64,000 bases of DNA from Syntrophomonadaceae bacterium (lineage in GTDB: Bacteria; Bacillota; Syntrophomonadia; Syntrophomonadales; Syntrophomonadaceae), in the NCBI GenBank assembly GCA_034678805.1, contig JAXDBN010000244.1, positions 1,974 to 65,973 on the forward strand. Direction: 5' to 3'. Of the stretch, positions 59,269 to 64,000 are shown in pieces. The translations under genes were made by a program, and so were the position numbers. Below the pieces are notes generated by a model that made no database searches, was not told the DNA's origin, and saw only the letters and a program-made list of their open reading frames with translations. The number at the start of each line of letters is the position of its first letter. Position 1 is the stretch's first letter.

Positions 59269-60365
59269 GTAACGCTGGAAATAATATAAGACATTTTAAT
59301 ATTCCCATTTTCATTCCTCACTTAGGTTGCCCTTATGATTGCATCTACTGTGATCAAAAGATAATTGCCAACCAAAAAGAACCCCCCACCCGGACCGAAG
59401 TTATTGACAAGATAGAGCGGCATTTGGCCACTATACCGGAAAATGCCTGGATCGAAGTGGCTTTTTTCGGCGGCAGTTTTACCGCGGTGGACACAGGCGA
59501 GCAGGAGAAGTACTTGAGTACAGTCCTGCCTTATATAAGAGAAGGCAGAGTAAAATCCATTAGAATCTCTACTCGTCCTGATTGCATTAATGAACCAAAT
59601 CTCAGGCTGCTTAGGAAATACGGGGTAAAGACTATCGAGCTGGGCGTGCAATCACTCAGCGATGACGTGTTAAAGGCTTCAGGACGTTTATATACTGAAA
59701 ACGATGTGCGCAGGAGTTGTGATTCTGTCAAGGAAGGCGATTTCCAGCTCGGTATTCAGCTAATGATCGGTCTTCCCGGCGATTCCTACCAACATGATAT
59801 GGAGACCGCTTTCAAAGTAGTCCATATTGGGCCGCAGGCAGTACGTCTCTATCCAACATTGGTGTTGGCTGGTACCAAACTAGATATGATGTGGAAGAGC
59901 GGATGTTATTATCCCCTGGATCTTCAAGAAGCAATTTGTACATGCAAGGATATGTTGCTCCTCTTTAATAAGCAAAACATACCGGTAATCCGCATGGGTC
60001 TATATCCTGGAGAGGAATTGAGGAAACCCGGTATGATACAGGCGGGACCATTTCATAGTAGTTTCGGCGAACTGGTAGAGCAGCAGGTTTTCCAGGACCA
60101 AGCTCGGCAAGCGTTGAAGCTGTACCAGCAGAAATATAAGTATGACAAGGAATTGTCCATACATGTCTACCATAACGATATGTCGAAGATGATCGGCTGG
60201 CGACGCGGTAACATACTGCAGCTGCAGCAGGAGTTTAGATTAGATGCTTTAGCGGTCACTGGTTGTAACCAAGTGCAGGATAGCGTCGGCATAAGCAGAC
60301 TGGGGAGTCAAGAAGTCCGGACATTGCTGACGCGGGAAGACTTTCTCGAAGGATTGCATTTTTAA
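59265..60365 (+). CDS. radical SAM protein (Elp3-like domain), function unknown
   Basis: CPYDCIYC radical SAM triad near the N-terminus. Overlaps the rnc stop. A radical SAM gene between rnc and smc is a common arrangement in Clostridia, by recollection. Confidence 0.8.
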   Translation: MSNAGNNIRHFNIPIFIPHLGCPYDCIYCDQKIIANQKEPPTRTEVIDKIERHLATIPENAWIEVAFFGGSFTAVDTGEQEKYLSTVLPYIREGRVKSIRISTRPDCINEPNLRLLRKYGVKTIELGVQSLSDDVLKASGRLYTENDVRRSCDSVKEGDFQLGIQLMIGLPGDSYQHDMETAFKVVHIGPQAVRLYPTLVLAGTKLDMMWKSGCYYPLDLQEAICTCKDMLLLFNKQNIPVIRMGLYPGEELRKPGMIQAGPFHSSFGELVEQQVFQDQARQALKLYQQKYKYDKELSIHVYHNDMSKMIGWRRGNILQLQQEFRLDALAVTGCNQVQDSVGISRLGSQEVRTLLTREDFLEGLHF

Positions 60366-60717
60366 TGTGCGGATATATGAAACATTAGATTATGAGGCCA
60401 TTGCCAACAAAGACGCATAAGGGATGGGCAGACCTGCGGCAAACTTAAAGCAGGTAATAAAATCTGCTGATAGCCGCTCCGACATCTATTCCATTATCGT
60501 TTGATAAACACGGTTAGAACTTCTTAATGAAGGTTTTCAGCTGGTATTAGTAGAATTTAGAAACAAACGGTTCAACCAGGGTAAGCGATTGATATATAGA
60601 TATAACGCAGCATGCGTTAATAGGATGCAGATTGTAGAATCTGACAGTCTGAGCCAGCGGTGGGTATAGATCCCAGACAGCGGGGATGTACAGGTTATTG
60701 GTTGAGGGAGAAGTAGA

Positions 60718-63700
60718 GTGTATCTAAAAACACTAGAGATAAGAGGATTTAAATCTTTTGCTGACCACACCGAATTGAATTTCGACTCAGGCATTAACGT
60801 CATTGTTGGCCCTAACGGCTGCGGTAAGAGTAACATTGTAGATGCAGTCCGTTGGGTACTGGGAGAAGCTAATGTCCGTTCCTTACGTGGCTATAAAAAC
60901 GAAGATGTAATTTTTAATGGCACCGATAAGAAAAGGGGCCTGGGGATGGCACAAGTTGATTTGACTATGGACAATTCCGAAGGCTTTCTGCCACTGGCCT
61001 ACAATGAAATCACGATAAGTCGTAAAATATTCCGTTCCGGTGAAAGTGAGTTTTCTTTGAACAAGGCACGGGTGCGGATGAAAGATATTGTAAAATTGTA
61101 CACAGACACCGGTTTGGGAAAAAAGGGGTATTCTATAATTAGTCAGGGCGAGTTGGAGCGAGTATTGAATGGCCAGCCCTTTGAGCGGCGTTTAATGTTG
61201 GAAGAGGCAGCGGGCACCATGCACTATCGTCAGCAGAAAGAAGAGGTTCAACAGCGGATACTGGCTACGGCACAGGATTTACTGCGGGTTGAGGATATAC
61301 TCAATGAACTGCGCAGCCGCAAATCGGACCTTTATCGAAAAGCAGAGAAAGCCCGCGTTTATATTAGCCTGAAAGATGAATTCAACCGTCTGGACCGGCA
61401 GGTCATGACCTGTCAAATTCAACAGCTGGCCGACAAACTAGCCGCTGAGGGCGTCGAACTGGAAACAAGCAAAATGGAGTATGAGAGGTTGTGCTCTCGC
61501 CAAGATGGCTTAATTCAGGAGCGAAATTCAATGGTGGAGCGGCAAGAGCAGCATCGCACCAGGTTAAGCCAATCTAAAGAGAGAAAATATGAACTCGAGA
61601 CTGGCATAAACAAATTGAGTTCAGAGGTCAAGCTCTTACAAGAACGAATTAGGAACCATCGGGAGAGGACCCAGTCGGCCCAGCAAGATTTTATGAAATA
61701 TGGTTCGATGCTGGAAAGACTAGACCAGGACCTGCAACAAAAATCTGCTGATTTTGAACGGGAACAAGTTTCATTTGAACAAAGACAATCAGAGTTGGAA
61801 AGTTTGCACCAAGAAATAGCCGAATTGGAATCAAATATTAACGGCCAGGAAAAAGCCCTGGTTGAGCAAAGCCGTCAGGTATTTGACCGGGCTAATCGCG
61901 AGTCAAGTCTGAAAAATGAGATACTTGATTTGGAAGGCAAAATTAAAAAAGCATTAGAGAAGAGAGAACGATCATTAATTAGACTGGAAGAAAAAGAGCA
62001 TTATCTTATTGCTTCAATTGGAAAGAGCGAGGCTTTACAGGCGCAGAAGGATAAGGTTATTGCCGCCCAGCAGAGGTTAACCAGGAATATCAATGAAGTC
62101 GAAGGGGATTTGCGGTCGTATCAGAAGAAGCTGGCTGAAATGGAGACAGACGGCAAAAATATCTCCCGTGAACGTATGGTTTTGGAGCGTAAGATATCAG
62201 TTTGGGAAGAACTGCATCATAGTCATGCCGGTTATTCAGAAGGGATCAAGTCCCTGCTCTGTGCTTATGAACGTGGGGAAATCTATCTTCCCGGCCTGAA
62301 GGGGCTGGTTACGGATTTATTTGATGTACCAGCCGGGATGGAACTGGCTATGTACACAGCTTTGGGTGCAGCTGCCGAGAATATCGTAGTAGAAACCGGC
62401 AATACCGCCAGATTAGCGATTGAGGTCCTGAAAAATAAACGCTGGGGCAGAGTCACATTTCTACCTTTGGATAATCTCAGGTCCACAGAAATACCTCAAC
62501 ATATTAGAAAAGCTATTAAGAGGGAAGAGGGCGTAGTTGGGATCGCAGCCGAACTAGTGCAATATGAACCAGAAAACGCCTCGGCTATTGATTATCTTTT
62601 AGGACGGACTCTGCTGGTAGATAATATGACCAGCGGTTTGAGAATTTTTAATAAGTATACATACCCATTACGAATTGTCACCATGGAAGGTGAAACAATA
62701 AATACCAGCGGCGCTATAACAGGGGGAATCCGTAGCCAGGCTAAGCCCAACATGATACAGCGCCGACAAGAAGGAAAGAGCCTTAGGGGCCAACTAGAAA
62801 CCATACTCCAGTCGGAAGAGCAAAATCGGACTAAGACGCTGGAGCAGGCTGCTCTGGTTAAACAAGCAGAAATTAGATTGGCCGAATTAAAAAAGGTGCA
62901 AGCGGAGCATGATTTTCAAGTACAGATTACTGAAGAAGAAGAGCAACGGCTTAAGGGTTTGATCGAAAAGGCCACCATGGAAAGGGATATTCATCAGCAG
63001 GAGACTGCCCAATTGGAACAATTCATCCTGGAAAATGAAGCTCTTATGAAGGATACCAGAAAAACGTATCAGGAACATCAAACCCAAAACAGTCTGATTG
63101 ATGACCAAAGCGATCAATTGAAGATGGAAATGGAATTATCCCGGAGGGATTATGAAGTTAAGCGGGAACGATTCTCCTCCTACCAGGAACAGTTGTCTAT
63201 GAAAAAAAGGGAGTTGGAAAGCAACGCTAAAAACATCGCCCAATTAGAACAGGTAAGAACATCATATCAGCAATCAGCTCAAGAAGCTCAGGAACTGGAG
63301 GTTCGCCTGCAAACAGAGGTTGTGGCCCTTATGGAGCGTATCGAAATCACGGCAGAAAAAATCAAAGGTCAACAGCAAGAGTTGAATAGAGTTATAGTAA
63401 TCCTGGAGGGCAACCGTCGTGATGAAATGCAGCTGCTTCAATCGCTTGAGTCAATGGATGAGGAAGTTACCAGGGGTTCAAAAAAAGTGGAAGACCTCCA
63501 GGATTATATGAGGACTTTGGAGATAAGGGTAGTAAGACTGCAGACAGAATTAGAAGGCATCCAAGCTCAATGGCAGGACAAGTACCCGGGTGAGGAAATT
63601 GACCCTGAGAAAAACAGCCTGTCACCGCGGCAGGTAAGAGAATATCGGAAGCGGGTTGAAGATTTGCGGTATGAAATAGAAGCACTCGGAGCGGTTGATA

Positions 63701-64000
63701 TTGACTCCGTCAAGGAATATGATGACCTAAAAGTACGTTATGATTTCCTAAACCAGCAGACCGATGATTTGATTGCAGCTAAGACCTCGCTGGAAAATCT
63801 CCTCAATGAAACTGAGAAGATAATGTCCGCCAACTTCAATGAGTTTATGAAATTAGCTGACGAAAGTTTCAAGAAAACGTTCAGGGAAATTTTCAATGGT
63901 GGGGATGCCCATTTAGAGATAGCAGCTGCACATGATTTATCAGCAGGAGTAGAAATTGTGGTTAAAATGCCTGGTAAACGCAGTCAGTCTCTGAATCTAT
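60718..64000 (+). CDS. smc: chromosome partition protein Smc, 3-prime partial (runs off the window)
   Basis: Absent from the ORF track because there is no stop codon in the window. Hand translation from GTG 60718 gives MYLKTLEIRGFKSFADHTELNFDSGINVIVGPNGCGKSNIVDAVRWVLGE. The same frame is still open at 63958 (VVKMPGKRSQSLNL). Long coiled-coil region in between. Confidence 0.95.
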   Translation, partial: MYLKTLEIRGFKSFADHTELNFDSGINVIVGPNGCGKSNIVDAVRWVLGEANVRSLRGYKNEDVIFNGTDKKRGLGMAQVDLTMDNSEGFLPLAYNEITISRKIFRSGESEFSLNKARVRMKDIVKLYTDTGLGKKGYSIISQGELERVLNGQPFERRLMLEEAAGTMHYRQQKEEVQQRILATAQDLLRVEDILNELRSRKSDLYRKAEKARVYISLKDEFNRLDRQVMTCQIQQLADKLAAEGVELETSKMEYERLCSRQDGLIQERNSMVERQEQHRTRLSQSKERKYELETGINKLSSEVKLLQERIRNHRERTQSAQQDFMKYGSMLERLDQDLQQKSADFEREQVSFEQRQSELESLHQEIAELESNINGQEKALVEQSRQVFDRANRESSLKNEILDLEGKIKKALEKRERSLIRLEEKEHYLIASIGKSEALQAQKDKVIAAQQRLTRNINEVEGDLRSYQKKLAEMETDGKNISRERMVLERKISVWEELHHSHAGYSEGIKSLLCAYERGEIYLPGLKGLVTDLFDVPAGMELAMYTALGAAAENIVVETGNTARLAIEVLKNKRWGRVTFLPLDNLRSTEIPQHIRKAIKREEGVVGIAAELVQYEPENASAIDYLLGRTLLVDNMTSGLRIFNKYTYPLRIVTMEGETINTSGAITGGIRSQAKPNMIQRRQEGKSLRGQLETILQSEEQNRTKTLEQAALVKQAEIRLAELKKVQAEHDFQVQITEEEEQRLKGLIEKATMERDIHQQETAQLEQFILENEALMKDTRKTYQEHQTQNSLIDDQSDQLKMEMELSRRDYEVKRERFSSYQEQLSMKKRELESNAKNIAQLEQVRTSYQQSAQEAQELEVRLQTEVVALMERIEITAEKIKGQQQELNRVIVILEGNRRDEMQLLQSLESMDEEVTRGSKKVEDLQDYMRTLEIRVVRLQTELEGIQAQWQDKYPGEEIDPEKNSLSPRQVREYRKRVEDLRYEIEALGAVDIDSVKEYDDLKVRYDFLNQQTDDLIAAKTSLENLLNETEKIMSANFNEFMKLADESFKKTFREIFNGGDAHLEIAAAHDLSAGVEIVVKMPGKRSQSLNL

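Noticed and set aside
60537-60836. 99-aa minus-strand ORF overlapping the smc start.
   Set aside because: It is antisense to the strongly conserved SMC N-terminus (Walker A region) and has no RBS.
1-64000. Scan for CRISPR repeats, tRNA/rRNA genes, transposases/integrases, toxin-antitoxin pairs or defence islands.
   Set aside because: None recognised. Every sizeable ORF has a housekeeping, sporulation or metabolic assignment, or is a single isolated hypothetical.

Overview
This window looks like ordinary core chromosome from a spore-forming anaerobic Firmicute. Gene content and order resemble Clostridia of the Peptococcaceae / Desulfotomaculum type, but that assignment is inference only. About 75 tightly packed protein genes are present, mostly on the + strand.

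Gene content, in order:
- Chromosome segregation: scpA, scpB, and a 3-prime-partial smc.
- Sporulation: ytfI/ytfJ-like genes, spmA, spmB, alpha/beta SASP genes, gpr and ylbJ.
- C1, folate and acetate metabolism: fhs, folE, pta and ackA.
- A 2-oxoacid:ferredoxin oxidoreductase operon (korDABC) preceded by a P-loop NTPase gene.
- larB, a HutP-family gene, aroH, trpS and speD.
- A menaquinone-related cluster: a hepS-like gene, a UbiD-family gene, a UbiA-family gene and hepT.
- tatC and tatA.
- A contiguous siroheme-dependent haem cluster: sirC, hemA, hemC, cobA/hemD, hemB, a radical SAM AhbC/D-type gene, ahbA, ahbB and hemL.
- etfBA followed by a membrane FeS/CCG oxidoreductase.
- coaD, hslO, rpmB, asp23, a DAK2-domain gene and recG.
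- The rsmD - ylbJ - patatin - tmcAL block.
- Two MoeA-like genes.
- yceD, rpmF (missing from the ORF track, found by hand), plsX, rnc and a radical SAM gene.

I recognised no rRNA, tRNA, CRISPR array, transposase, integrase, phage gene or defence-like gene. I did not find convincing evidence for a novel system. The findings below are modest curiosities: gene fusions, orphan or uncharacterised operon partners, unusual hairpins and synteny breaks. All function calls rest on motif recognition and synteny read by eye, not on database searches. Start codons are often ambiguous, and the chosen start is stated in each feature.
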